This document shows, piece after piece, positions 1 to 9,108 of a DNA stretch of 64,000 bases. The DNA comes from an uncultured delta proteobacterium (GTDB taxonomy: Bacteria > Myxococcota_A > Polyangia > Palsa-1104). Each line of letters begins with the position of its first letter. Positions within the stretch are counted from its first letter, which is position 1. The position numbers were made by a program, and so were the translations under genes. The stretch lies in NCBI GenBank assembly GCA_963785725.1, contig CAWAWS010000015.1, forward strand, positions 64,001 through 128,000. The letters are read 5' to 3'. The notes beneath the pieces were generated by a model. That model was not told the DNA's origin. It was given only the letters and a program-made list of their open reading frames with translations, and did no database searches.

Positions 1-687
1 GATCTGTTGACCGTCCTCGGCGTCGAGCGGGCGACGGTGATGGGGCATTCGTTCGGCGGCGGCGTCGCCATGCAGTTCGCCTATCAGTATCCCGAGCACT
101 GCGAGCGGCTGGTGCTGGTGGCGCCCGGCGGCATCGCGCACGAGGTCAATCCGTTATTGCGGATAGCATCCGCTCCATTGGCGGACCTGGCGCTGCCGCT
201 GCTCGGGTGGCGGCCGACGCGTGCGCTCGGCGGGCTGTTCATGCGCGCGCTCGGCTGGCTCGGCACCGACTTGGGGCGCGACGCGGGCGACATGCTGCGC
301 GTGTTCGACGCGCTGCCGGACGCGACGTCGCGGCGCGCCTTCGTGCGCACGCTGCGCTCGGTGGTCGATTGGCGCGGGCAGGCGATTACGATGCTCGATC
401 GGTCGTATTTGACGCGCGGGCTGCCGACGCTGCTCTTGTGGGGGACGCACGACGCGGTGGTGCCGTTCGCGCATGCGCATCAGGCGCACGCGGCGATGCC
501 GGGCAGTCAATTGGCGATCTTTCATGGCGCCGGGCACTTCCCGCATCATCACGACCGTGACGGCTTCGTTGCCGTGCTGCGGCAGTTCTTGCGCGCCGAG
601 CCGGCGGCAGCGATCGGGGCCGATGAGTGGCGCGACCTGCTGCGGCGTGGCCGTCCCGGCTGCGAGGACGTGGCCAGCGGCAGCTGA
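1..687 (+). CDS. Alpha/beta-fold hydrolase (5' truncated by window edge)
   Basis: Nucleophile elbow GHSFGG, LLWGTHDAVVP (Asp) and GAGHFPH (His); frame open from base 1. Confidence 0.9.
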   Translation, partial: DLLTVLGVERATVMGHSFGGGVAMQFAYQYPEHCERLVLVAPGGIAHEVNPLLRIASAPLADLALPLLGWRPTRALGGLFMRALGWLGTDLGRDAGDMLRVFDALPDATSRRAFVRTLRSVVDWRGQAITMLDRSYLTRGLPTLLLWGTHDAVVPFAHAHQAHAAMPGSQLAIFHGAGHFPHHHDRDGFVAVLRQFLRAEPAAAIGADEWRDLLRRGRPGCEDVASGS

Positions 688-809
688 ACGTCCGGCCTCT
701 TCGCGAATCCCGACGGTAGCCGCTCGCCGATGCGACGGATTTTGCGAGCCAACGTTCCCTTCGGCCACGCGACATGACTCGATCCGTAATCGCGGCAGGT
801 GAAGCCGTT

Positions 810-1024
810 TCGACGGATGGCGTCCGCTATAACGTCGGTATCTCCAGTCGACGGAGAGCGTCCGCTATAACGTCGGTATCTCCAGTCGACGGATTGCGTC
901 CGCTATAACGTCGGTATCTCCGGTCGACGGATTGCGTCCGCTATAACGTCGGTATCTCCGGTCGACGGATGGCGTCCACGATAACGTCGGTATCTCCAGT
1001 CGACGGATGGCGTCCGCTATAACG
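810..1024. repeat. Tandem repeat, 38-bp unit, about 5.6 copies
   Basis: Consensus TCGACGGATGGCGTCCGCTATAACGTCGGTATCTCCAG; units start at 810, 848, 886, 924, 962 and 1000; no unique spacers. Confidence 0.95.
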
Positions 1025-1130
1025 GCATATCGTCCTGGTCTGTAAATTGTGATGGAATCCACACGAATCCTCCGTTGGCACGAGCGCAGGCATCACCGCA
1101 GAGCGGCACTCGTGAACCGCCGCGGAGCAC

Positions 1131-1252
1131 GATCGCCGCAGGAGTGCCAGTTGGCGATCGCCGCAGGAGCGCCAGTTGGCGATCGCCGCAGGAGCGCCAG
1201 TTGGCGATCGCCGCAGGAGCGCCAGTTGGCGATCGCCGCAGGAGCGCTAGTT
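1131..1252. repeat. Tandem repeat, 25-bp unit, about 4.9 copies
   Basis: Unit GATCGCCGCAGGAGCGCCAGTTGGC at 1131, 1156, 1181, 1206 and 1231 (partial). Confidence 0.95.
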
Positions 1253-1542
1253 TGATGGGTCGCGCAATAGCGGGAAAAGCTCGTGTATCGATGGAGTAGC
1301 GCTGATTCGGCTGCGTCCGTTATAGCGGTCGAACGATCGGTGGTTGACTGGCATCCGTTATAGCGGATAATGAATTCTTCGAGGTGGCTTTGCTTGCCGG
1401 AGTGGAGAGCCACGCTTCGCGCTGTTGCTGGACGCGGAGGCCCGGAAAGCGGCGGCGCTGTCGGGGCTCGTAACGCGCGGCGCATTGGCACTTGCACTGG
1501 GACCGGCGCCGGCGGCATTGGAGAACGAGAAGGAGAAATGAC

Positions 1543-1956
1543 GTGTTGAGCTCGTTGTGCGGCGGCCTTCTCATCGGTCTGGCGGCCGCGTTGTTGCTCA
1601 TGGGCCACGGCCGCATCGCCGGGATCAGCGGTGTCGTCGGTGGGGCGCTGACGCCTCGCGCCGGCGACCTCGGCTGGCGGCTCTTGTTTCTGGCCGGCCT
1701 CGTGGGCGGAGGCGTCCTGTTCGCGCGCTTGGCGCCGGCCGCGTTTCCGGCGCACGTCGACGGCTCCGCGCTGCGCTACGTCATCGCCGGCGTCTTGGTC
1801 GGCTTCGGCACGCGGCTCGGCAACGGCTGCACGAGCGGTCACGGCGTGTGCGGGATCGGGCGCTCGTCGGTGCGCTCGCTCGTCGCGGTCGCCACGTTCA
1901 TGACGACGGGTGCGGCGGCGGTCTTCGTCCTGCGTCACGTCGTCGGTGGCCGATGA
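1543..1956 (+). CDS. YeeE/YedE family sulfur-compound transporter subunit
   Basis: GRIAGISG and [12 protein letters not shown] motifs, about 4 TM segments; GTG at 1543 with AGGAGA at 1531-1536. Confidence 0.9.
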   Translation: MLSSLCGGLLIGLAAALLLMGHGRIAGISGVVGGALTPRAGDLGWRLLFLAGLVGGGVLFARLAPAAFPAHVDGSALRYVIAGVLVGFGTRLGNGCTSGHGVCGIGRSSVRSLVAVATFMTTGAAAVFVLRHVVGGR

Positions 1957-2384
1957 AGGCGCGTTGGCTCTATGTCGTCGCCGGCCTCCTCTTCGCCGGC
2001 GGGCTGACGCTCTCGGGCATGACGCAGCCCGCGAAGGTGAGCGGATTCCTCGACGTCGCCGGCGCGTGGGATCCCAGCCTCGCCTGGGTCATGGGCGGCG
2101 CCGTCAGCGTCTATTTCGTCGCCGATCGCCTGGCGCGCCGACGGGCGCGGCCGCTCTTCGCCGCGACATTTCCGGCGCGCCCGTCGTCGCGCGTCGACGG
2201 GCCGTTGGTCGCGGGCGCCGCGCTCTTCGGGGTGGGCTGGGGCTTGAGCGGCTTCTGCCCCGGCCCGGCGCTGGTTTCGGTGGGCGCCGAGGTGAATGCG
2301 GCGCTGTGGTTCGTTCCGGCGATGCTGGCCGGCATGGCGCTCCAGCGCCTCATCGCGCCGCGCCCGACCGCTGGCGACGACTGA
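1953..2384 (+). CDS. YeeE/YedE family partner subunit
   Basis: [18 protein letters not shown] and GFCPGP motifs; ATGA overlap with the upstream gene. Confidence 0.9.
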   Translation: MKARWLYVVAGLLFAGGLTLSGMTQPAKVSGFLDVAGAWDPSLAWVMGGAVSVYFVADRLARRRARPLFAATFPARPSSRVDGPLVAGAALFGVGWGLSGFCPGPALVSVGAEVNAALWFVPAMLAGMALQRLIAPRPTAGDD

Positions 2385-2948
2385 TCTTCCTCCGCCGAAT
2401 TCTGCGCTTCCGCATCCGTTGGAGCGATGCGGAACAGGGATGCGGATGAACGGCGGGCTGACGGAGGACGACGACGGCGAGTGGGGACGAGTCGCCGCGA
2501 CGGGCCTCGGGACGATTCGTCGTGCAGCGAATGACTTCGACGCGCAAACGCGGCGGCTGCGGCGCCTCTGTCAGCGGCCGAGGTCTGCGCGCTTGCGATC
2601 GAGATCCTCGGTGCGCGCTCGACGGTTGCAGAACCGGTCGCCGCAACTGCAAGCGAGCGATCCCGCACGGGTCGAGTCAGTCGCTTGCGAAGAGACATTC
2701 GCCCCGTAGACCGATCCGCTGCACGCCGATCGCAAATCCACTGTGACGACTGAAGCGGCGGATTCGTCGAGCCTGCTGTCCGCCCGAGCTTGCGTGTCGG
2801 GGCTGCAGTAAATGCGCGGTGAGCTCTTGAAGCTGCTGCGACGCGTCGTAGCGGCGGCGGCGTCGTCGCCTCGGTCGCCGACCCCGCCAGCGGCAAACGC
2901 GCACGGCTTTTGCCGGCAGCCGCGCGCGTTTTGCCGTACATTCCGCGC

Positions 2949-3740
2949 ATGCGCTCGCTCGCCGCCGTCCTCGTCGTCACCCTCGCCGCCGCGCTCGCCG
3001 GTTGCCACAAGCCCGACCCCGCCTGGGCGCGCCCGTCGTCGCGCCACCTCGGCGACGATACGATCGCCGGCGCGCCGCTCGACATTCCGCGCGCCGCCGC
3101 CGCGCCCGTCATCGACGGCAAGCTCGACGACGCCGCCTGGACCGCCGCCGCCGAGCTCGGCCCCTTCGTCGACGTCGGCAACGGCCGCGTCAGCGACCGC
3201 CATCCCATCGCCACCTTCGCGCGCCTGACCTACGACGACCGCGCGCTCTATCTCGGCGTCATCGTGCGCGACGCCGATCCGACGTCGCCGTTCACGCGCG
3301 ACGACGAAGATCCGCACGTGTGGGGCAAGTCGTCGGGCATCGAGCTCATGCTGCAGCCGGGCGATCCCAACGACAATCACGACTACTACGAGCTGCAAGT
3401 CGACGTCGCCGGCGCCGTCTTCGACAGCCACTTCGACGACTACAACCAGCCCATCACCGGCAACGGCCCCTTACGCGTCTACGGCCATCAGGAGTGGGCG
3501 AGCGCGGTCGAGCGCGCCACGTTCGTCGAGCGCGGCCGCTTTTATGCCGTCGAAGTGGCGCTGCCGTGGGCGTCGTTGGCGCCGGCGCGCGTGGCCGTGC
3601 CGCCGCACGCGGGCGACGTCTGGCGCGTCGAGCTGTACTCGTTCCGCGACGGTCAGCGCCTGTCGCTCGGCTGGTCGTCGATTCGCGGGCAGGGCAACTT
3701 CCATCGCGCCTCCCGCTTCGGCCGCGTCCGCTTTCAATAG
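2949..3740 (+). CDS. Lipoprotein with CBM9-like (DOMON-like) sugar-binding domain
   Basis: Lipobox LAGC; PVIDGKLDDAAW, TYDDRALYLG, YYELQV and VEVALPW motifs. Confidence 0.75.
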   Translation: MRSLAAVLVVTLAAALAGCHKPDPAWARPSSRHLGDDTIAGAPLDIPRAAAAPVIDGKLDDAAWTAAAELGPFVDVGNGRVSDRHPIATFARLTYDDRALYLGVIVRDADPTSPFTRDDEDPHVWGKSSGIELMLQPGDPNDNHDYYELQVDVAGAVFDSHFDDYNQPITGNGPLRVYGHQEWASAVERATFVERGRFYAVEVALPWASLAPARVAVPPHAGDVWRVELYSFRDGQRLSLGWSSIRGQGNFHRASRFGRVRFQ

Positions 3741-3805
3741 CCGCCGCGTCCGTTTCGATCGTCGCCGAGATTGTCCTCGAGGCGCCGATCGGCTTAGCTG
3801 TGACG

Positions 3806-4816
3806 ATGATGACCTCCGCGCCGCTCGAGCGGCTCCTGTGCGCGCCTTTGCTGCTGCTCCTCGTCTCGCACGCCGCCGTCGCGCAGGCGGCGACGCCGAC
3901 GCTGGCCGAGGTCTGCGCCGACTTCGGCTGTGACAGCGACGGCATCGCGCGCGCCCAAGCGGGCAAGATGGTCGACTTGAAGTCGGGCGACGCGTCCGAG
4001 CGCGATCTGTCGGTGGGCTTTCTGTTCATGGTCAAGCGGCCGCCGGCGGAAGTGGCGCGCCTGTTTCGGCAAGGCAGCGACTTCGGCGTCGACGGCAACG
4101 TGCTCGCCGTCCACCGCTTCGGCGGCGCCGGCGCGGCCGCCGACTTCGCGGCGCTGTCGCTCGGCGCGCATGGCGCCGACGAGGCCAAACGCTACGGCTC
4201 GGCGCATCCCGGCGACGAGCTCAACCTCTCCGACGCCGAAATTGCCACGTTCGCCGCGCTCGGTGCCAACGCGTCGCGAGCGGACGTCGAAGCGGCGCTG
4301 CGCCGGCAGCTGCTCGCGCGCTATCAGGCGTATCACACGAGCGGGCTCGCCAATCTGGCGCCCTATTCGCGCGGCAAAGGGCAGCAGCGTCAGCCAGCCG
4401 ACGAGCTGCGCGCCGTCTTGCAGCAGGCGACGCCGATCGCGCGCAAGTACGCGCCGCAGTTCCTGTCCGCGCTCGTCGATTATCCGCGCGGACGGCCGAG
4501 CAGCGTCGAGGAGACCTTCCACTGGATCGTCTACAACCTCGACAACCGCCCGACGGTGACGCTGCGCCATCGCTTGACGATGCCCATCGGCGACGGCCTG
4601 GTCGCCTTCGACCGCGAGTTCTACGTCGCGCACGGCTACAACGTGATGCAGGCGTTCGGCGGCTTACTGCCCATCGAGGGCGGCACGGTCGTCTTCTATC
4701 GCGCGCACACCAACACCGACCAAGTGGGCGGCGCAGCGACGGCGATGAAGCACAACATCGGGCGCAAAGTGATGGCCAAGCAGCTACAGAAGATCTTCGA
4801 GCACTTCACGAAGTAA
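3806..4816 (+). CDS. Hypothetical secreted protein
   Basis: Signal peptide ending AQA; normal composition from ATG 3806/3809, while the upstream part of the ORF is Arg-rich shadow. Confidence 0.7.
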   Translation: MMTSAPLERLLCAPLLLLLVSHAAVAQAATPTLAEVCADFGCDSDGIARAQAGKMVDLKSGDASERDLSVGFLFMVKRPPAEVARLFRQGSDFGVDGNVLAVHRFGGAGAAADFAALSLGAHGADEAKRYGSAHPGDELNLSDAEIATFAALGANASRADVEAALRRQLLARYQAYHTSGLANLAPYSRGKGQQRQPADELRAVLQQATPIARKYAPQFLSALVDYPRGRPSSVEETFHWIVYNLDNRPTVTLRHRLTMPIGDGLVAFDREFYVAHGYNVMQAFGGLLPIEGGTVVFYRAHTNTDQVGGAATAMKHNIGRKVMAKQLQKIFEHFTK

Positions 4817-4954
4817 CCGCGCCTTCGAATGTGCAGGCTCGGCCGCGACGCGCGACGCGGCAGGTTCGCCATGGGCGCGCCCAACGTCCACCGTCACGGT
4901 GTTTCAGCGACGGCGATTGGCGCTGCGAGCGACGAGTCTTCGCCGCGGGTGCGT

Positions 4955-5680
4955 TCAGCGGCAGGCGAGGAGGGCGTCGACGCAGCGGCCGCACTTGGCG
5001 TCGGCGGCAAGGGTGACGCCTGCGGCGTCGTCGATGCAGGCGCCGCCGTCGCGACCCGTCGGGCTGACGCCCGATTGCACGCAGTAGTTGCACTGCGAGG
5101 TCGACGCGCACGCGCCGCCGCCGCCGCCGGCTTCGGCGCAGGCGTCGCGGATGCAGTCGACGAGCGTTTGCAGCTTGGCGCGGCCGTCGACGCTGCCGGC
5201 GGCCCAGCAGCGCTGCGCGTCGCCGTCGCTGCTGACGCCGTTCAGGCAGTCGACGAGCTGCGTGCAGCCGAGCGCGGCGCCGCCGGTGACGGCGACGGAC
5301 GCGGCTTCGGTCGCGCCCGGCGCACGTGCGCGACTGCCGCACCCGCTCGCAGACGCGACGAGGATTCCGCAGCACAGCGCGCCCGCGATCATGAGGCGCG
5401 TCGAAGCACGACGACGAGCCGATCCGACGGCTCCCGCGCGTGCCGAGCCGACCATCGCGTGCCGTGCCGGGTCGACCGTCGCGCGTCGAGCGTGACGGAC
5501 CATCGCGTGCCGGGCCGAGCCGACCAGCGCGCGTCGAGCCAAGTCGAGCATCGCGCGTTGAGCCGGACCGACCAGCGCGCGTCGAGCCGAGTCGACCATC
5601 GCGATACCTGCTGGGTCGACTGCTTCATTGCGCGGCGAGACCCTCGCGCCGTGCGTGACCTTGCGTCGCATCGCGTTCAT
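4955..5680 (-). CDS. Cys-rich hypothetical (lipo)protein; start at 5680 (with 8-aa repeat leader) or 5392
   Basis: Hydrophobic stretch plus ASGC lipobox-like site; C-terminal region with 11 further Cys; ATG 5680 overlaps the TGA of the upstream adaptor gene. Confidence 0.6.
   Translation of the reverse strand: MNAMRRKVTHGARVSPRNEAVDPAGIAMVDSARRALVGPAQRAMLDLARRALVGSARHAMVRHARRATVDPARHAMVGSARAGAVGSARRRASTRLMIAGALCCGILVASASGCGSRARAPGATEAASVAVTGGAALGCTQLVDCLNGVSSDGDAQRCWAAGSVDGRAKLQTLVDCIRDACAEAGGGGGACASTSQCNYCVQSGVSPTGRDGGACIDDAAGVTLAADAKCGRCVDALLACR
5418..5626. repeat. Degenerate 24-bp tandem repeat, about 8-9 copies
   Basis: Units like GCCGAGYCGACCAKCGCGYGTCGA at 5418, 5442, 5466, 5490, 5514, 5538, 5562, 5586 and 5610. 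Confidence 0.85.
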
Positions 5681-6954
5681 CCCGGCGGCGGCGGTCCGCC
5701 GCCACTGCCCGGCGGCGGTCCGCCCGGCGGCGGTCCGCCCGGCGGCGGTCCGCCCGGTGGCGGTCCCATCATCGGCCTCGCCTTTTCGGGCGGAGGCAGC
5801 AGCAGCGCCTCGCCCGCGCGCACGTCGCCCTCGAGCAGCTCCGTCATTCGTCCGTCGCTGACGCCGAGTCGCACCGGCAGCGCCGTCGGCTTGGTGTCGC
5901 GGACGGCCCACACGATCCGCGTCGCGCCCGCCGCGGCCAGCGACGGCCGCGGCCACGCCGGCGGCGCCTTGAAGCGCAGCGCGCCGTTCGGCACCGCGAT
6001 CACGTCGTCGCGCTCGGCGTACACGAACGTCACCACCGCCGTCATCCCCGGCCGCAGCGCCAGCTCGGGATTGGCGACGTCGACGACCGTATCGTACGTA
6101 ATGACGCTCGACGTCGTCGTCGCCGCGTTGCGCACCTGCCGCACGACGCCCGCGAATTCCCGGCCCGGATAGGCGTCGACGCGAATCGTCGCCGCCATCC
6201 CCGTCGCCAGCTTGGCCACCTCCGCTTCCGCCACCGACGTGTCCACCTGCATGCGCCGCAGATCGCCGACGATCGTGTACAGCGTCGGTGCCGTCAGCGC
6301 CGCCGCCACCGTCTGCCCGACGTCGACCGAGCGCGACAGCACGGTGCCGTCGATGGGCGACACGATCGTCGTATACGCCAGGTTCACCGTCGCCTGCGTC
6401 AGCTGCGCCGCCGTCGCCGCGACCTGCGCCTGCGCGACCAGGAGCTGCTGGGCCGCCGAATTCATCGTCGCCTCGGCCGCGTCGAGATCGGCCACGGCCA
6501 CGAGGTCGTGCGCGCGCAGCTGCGCCAGCCGCGCATACTGCCGCGCGCTGTTCTCGGCCTGCACCCGCGCCTGCACGCGCGTCGCCTGCGCTGCCGCCGC
6601 GCTCGCCCGCGCCTGCTCGACCGCCGCCGCGTAGAACTGCGGATCGAGCCGCGCCAAGACCTGCCCTCTGCGCACGGGCGCGTTGTAGTCGACGAGCAGC
6701 GCCGCGATCCGCCCCGACACTTGCGCGCCCACGGCTACCGTCTGCGTCGCCGAGAGGGTGCCGGTCGCGTTCACGCGCGCGACGAGCGGCCCGCGCTGTG
6801 CCGTCGCCGTCGTCCACGACGCCTCGGGCGGCGCCGCTTCCGTCGGCCACATGACGCCGCCGATCACGACGACCAACGCCGCCGGCATCCATCGCCAACC
6901 GATCTTGAGCCGCGCCGCCACCCGCCGACCATGCGCGTCCGAGGTGCTCGCCAT
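5677..6954 (-). CDS. Efflux transporter periplasmic adaptor (MacA-like membrane fusion protein)
   Basis: VGAQVSGRI, hairpin coiled coil, IVSPIDGTV, LRPGMTA and VPNGAL motifs; N-terminal TM segment. Confidence 0.9.
   Translation of the reverse strand: MASTSDAHGRRVAARLKIGWRWMPAALVVVIGGVMWPTEAAPPEASWTTATAQRGPLVARVNATGTLSATQTVAVGAQVSGRIAALLVDYNAPVRRGQVLARLDPQFYAAAVEQARASAAAAQATRVQARVQAENSARQYARLAQLRAHDLVAVADLDAAEATMNSAAQQLLVAQAQVAATAAQLTQATVNLAYTTIVSPIDGTVLSRSVDVGQTVAAALTAPTLYTIVGDLRRMQVDTSVAEAEVAKLATGMAATIRVDAYPGREFAGVVRQVRNAATTTSSVITYDTVVDVANPELALRPGMTAVVTFVYAERDDVIAVPNGALRFKAPPAWPRPSLAAAGATRIVWAVRDTKPTALPVRLGVSDGRMTELLEGDVRAGEALLLPPPEKARPMMGPPPGGPPPGGPPPGGPPPGSGGGPPPPG
5707..5766. repeat. 15-bp coding repeat x4, encoding a (GPPPG)n tail
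   Basis: GCCCGGCGGCGGTCC tandem copies at the C-terminus of the adaptor gene. Confidence 0.85.
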
Positions 6955-7236
6955 GTGGTCCGCGCGTGCAGAACTGTGCGCCGCAACGCGGAGGCGGCTC
7001 GACGCACGTCATCCGACAGCCGCTTCCGCCGGCCAACGGACCGACGCGGGGTCGGTCGACACCTGCGCCCGTTTTGCTCGGCGAACAGACCATGTCCGGT
7101 GTCGTTCGACACGCCTTATTCGGTTCTCAAGTCGCACCTCCGGTGGTCGATAGAGCTAGGCCGTGCGCAGCCTTGTACTTACGCGCACAGCGATTTCAGG
7201 CCGCACCGACTTACGATGCGGCTGGGAGAATTCTCG

Positions 7237-7485
7237 ATGCCACCGCCGCGCAGGCGTCCCGCAGACATCATCGCCGAAGGAATCGGTCGCTATCTCGGTC
7301 CCCACATGGCGCGCAACGCGGTGAAGACCTTCGCCGCCAAGGCGCTCGGCCGCGGGCCGGAGACGATCGTGGCCTCCGACGTTGCCGACCTCTTGCAGGC
7401 GATGCGACCGATGTTGCGCACGCTGCTCGGCGCCACCCAAGCCGAGCTCGTCGTACAACAGCTGACGAAGGAAATCGAATCGTGA
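7237..7485 (+). CDS. Small helical hypothetical protein (82 aa)
   Basis: GGAGA RBS; amphipathic helical sequence (GRYLGPHMARNAVKTF); stop overlaps the next start. Confidence 0.7.
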   Translation: MPPPRRRPADIIAEGIGRYLGPHMARNAVKTFAAKALGRGPETIVASDVADLLQAMRPMLRTLLGATQAELVVQQLTKEIES

Positions 7486-8270
7486 AGTACCGCATGTTGT
7501 TGCTGCTCCCGGTTTTTGCCGCGCTGGCTCTCGTCGGCGCGCTCGCGCTCACCCCGACCGCCGACCACGCGCGCGTCTACTTGATCGAGGTCGAGGTGGC
7601 CAAGGCGAGCTCGCTCGTCGGCTGCCTGCTCGCCGCTTGGCGCTTCGGTCGCGGCGACTACTTGCGGCGCGCGTGGCTGCTGCAGGCGCAGTGCTACCTG
7701 CTCATCCTCGCCAAAGATTTCCTGCAACATACGTTCGCTCCTTCGCCGCGCATCGCCATCGCCAGCGGGCTCCTCATTCTCGTCGGCAACGCCGGTCAGC
7801 TCGTCGGCACCGTCATGATCGCGCGCGTCTGGCGCGTCGCCGGCTTCGACCTGGCCAGCTCCACCGCCAAACGCATCGTCGTCGGCCTCGCCGTCGCCAT
7901 CGGCATCTTCGCCGGGGGCTACATGAGCCTCACCAGCTTGCGCTCCGTCCTCTCCGGCAACTTGACCGACATCGTGCACTTCGTCTCCTCGGTCGCCGAC
8001 ATCGTCTCGTTCGCGCTCATCGCTCCCTTCCTCATCACGGCGATCGCCTTGCGCGGCGGCTCGCTCGCCTGGACGTGGACGCTCTTGACGGCGTCGCTGC
8101 TCGGCTGGCTGCTCTTCGACGCGACGCTCTCGTTCGCGCCGCTCTTCCTGTCGAGCGCCGCGCACGTGCACGTCTTGTCCGAGCTCTTCCGCGTCGCCGC
8201 CTGCGCGTTCGGCATGGGCGCGGGTATCGCGCAGCGCTGGGCCATCAGCCGTCGCGCCTCCGTCCCCTAG
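7482..8270 (+). CDS. Polytopic membrane protein (about 7-8 TM), unknown function
   Basis: GTGA overlap; multiple hydrophobic segments and no soluble domain. Confidence 0.75.
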   Translation: MKYRMLLLLPVFAALALVGALALTPTADHARVYLIEVEVAKASSLVGCLLAAWRFGRGDYLRRAWLLQAQCYLLILAKDFLQHTFAPSPRIAIASGLLILVGNAGQLVGTVMIARVWRVAGFDLASSTAKRIVVGLAVAIGIFAGGYMSLTSLRSVLSGNLTDIVHFVSSVADIVSFALIAPFLITAIALRGGSLAWTWTLLTASLLGWLLFDATLSFAPLFLSSAAHVHVLSELFRVAACAFGMGAGIAQRWAISRRASVP

Positions 8271-8311
8271 CGCAATTCCCGATCGATATTCGCGCGACGC
8301 TCGGCCGAGCT

Positions 8312-8944
8312 TCAGGGCGGCTCGCTCGTGCGCAAGATCGCCTGCAGCTGCTGGCGAATGCGCGACTTGCGACTGTAGATGGTGTTGACGCTGACGCCCC
8401 AGTCGCGCGCGATCGCCTCGGGCGGCTGCTCCTCGTCGACGCAGCTCGTGAACAGCGCGCGATCGCTGCGCGACAGGCGCCGCACGGCCGCCCGCGCGCG
8501 CGCCACTTCTTGATGCTGCTCGAGTCGATCGGCCGGCGCGGCGGCGTGCGTCGCCAGCTCCTCCTCCAGCACGCCGTCGAGCGCCAGCGCCTCGGCGCGC
8601 GGCGCGCGCAGGTGGTCGATCGTCACGTGCGTGGCGACGAGGCCGATGAACGACGTCAGCCGCGAGCCGCGCCGCGCGTCGTACTGCCGCAGCTTGCGCA
8701 GGTCGTCGCGCAACAGCGCCACCCACACATCGTTGACGAGATCGTGCGTCTCCACCGTCGCCGCCGCGCCATAGCGTCGCAGCGTGCGCGTGACACAGGC
8801 CGTAATCAGCGGCGCGAAGCGGCGCGACAGCTCGTGACAGCGCCGGCGCCGCTCGCGCTCCGTCCGCGCCCGCAACAAGGCCCGTAAGAGCGCGACCTCG
8901 TCCCGCTCGTCGTGCTGCATCGGCAACCGCTCGACCTGCGCCAT
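8312..8944 (-). CDS. ECF-type sigma-70 family RNA polymerase sigma factor
   Basis: Region 2 (DLVNDVWVALL...TIDHLR) and region 4 HTH (EAIARDWGVSVNTIYSRKSR). Confidence 0.85.
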   Translation of the reverse strand: MAQVERLPMQHDERDEVALLRALLRARTERERRRRCHELSRRFAPLITACVTRTLRRYGAAATVETHDLVNDVWVALLRDDLRKLRQYDARRGSRLTSFIGLVATHVTIDHLRAPRAEALALDGVLEEELATHAAAPADRLEQHQEVARARAAVRRLSRSDRALFTSCVDEEQPPEAIARDWGVSVNTIYSRKSRIRQQLQAILRTSEPP

Positions 8945-9108
8945 GACCACCCCCAACCTTGCTGGTTCGAGTCGTTATCGGAGCGCGGGCCGGAAAGTTG
9001 CTGGGTGGCGCGCGAATTTTTCAAGCGCGCGAAAACGGTCGACAAAGATGAGGGTGCTGCGCGCGATTCGCGCTCGTCGGCACGGCGCTCGGCGTGCGAT
9101 GGTGCAGC

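Noticed and set aside
810..1252. CRISPR or TIGR-like guide array
   Set aside because: The units are contiguous and near-identical with no unique spacers, and no cas or Nop-domain gene is in the window
865..1299. Short ORFs across the tandem arrays
   Set aside because: Periods of 38 and 25 bp are not multiples of 3, so the translations just cycle through frames
2899..2914. Sigma54 promoter (GCACGGCTTTTGC)
   Set aside because: The invariant -24 GG is replaced by CG
2385..2948. Possible small gene in the gap after the YeeE pair
   Set aside because: Candidate ORFs are Arg-rich, with no motif or convincing coding pattern
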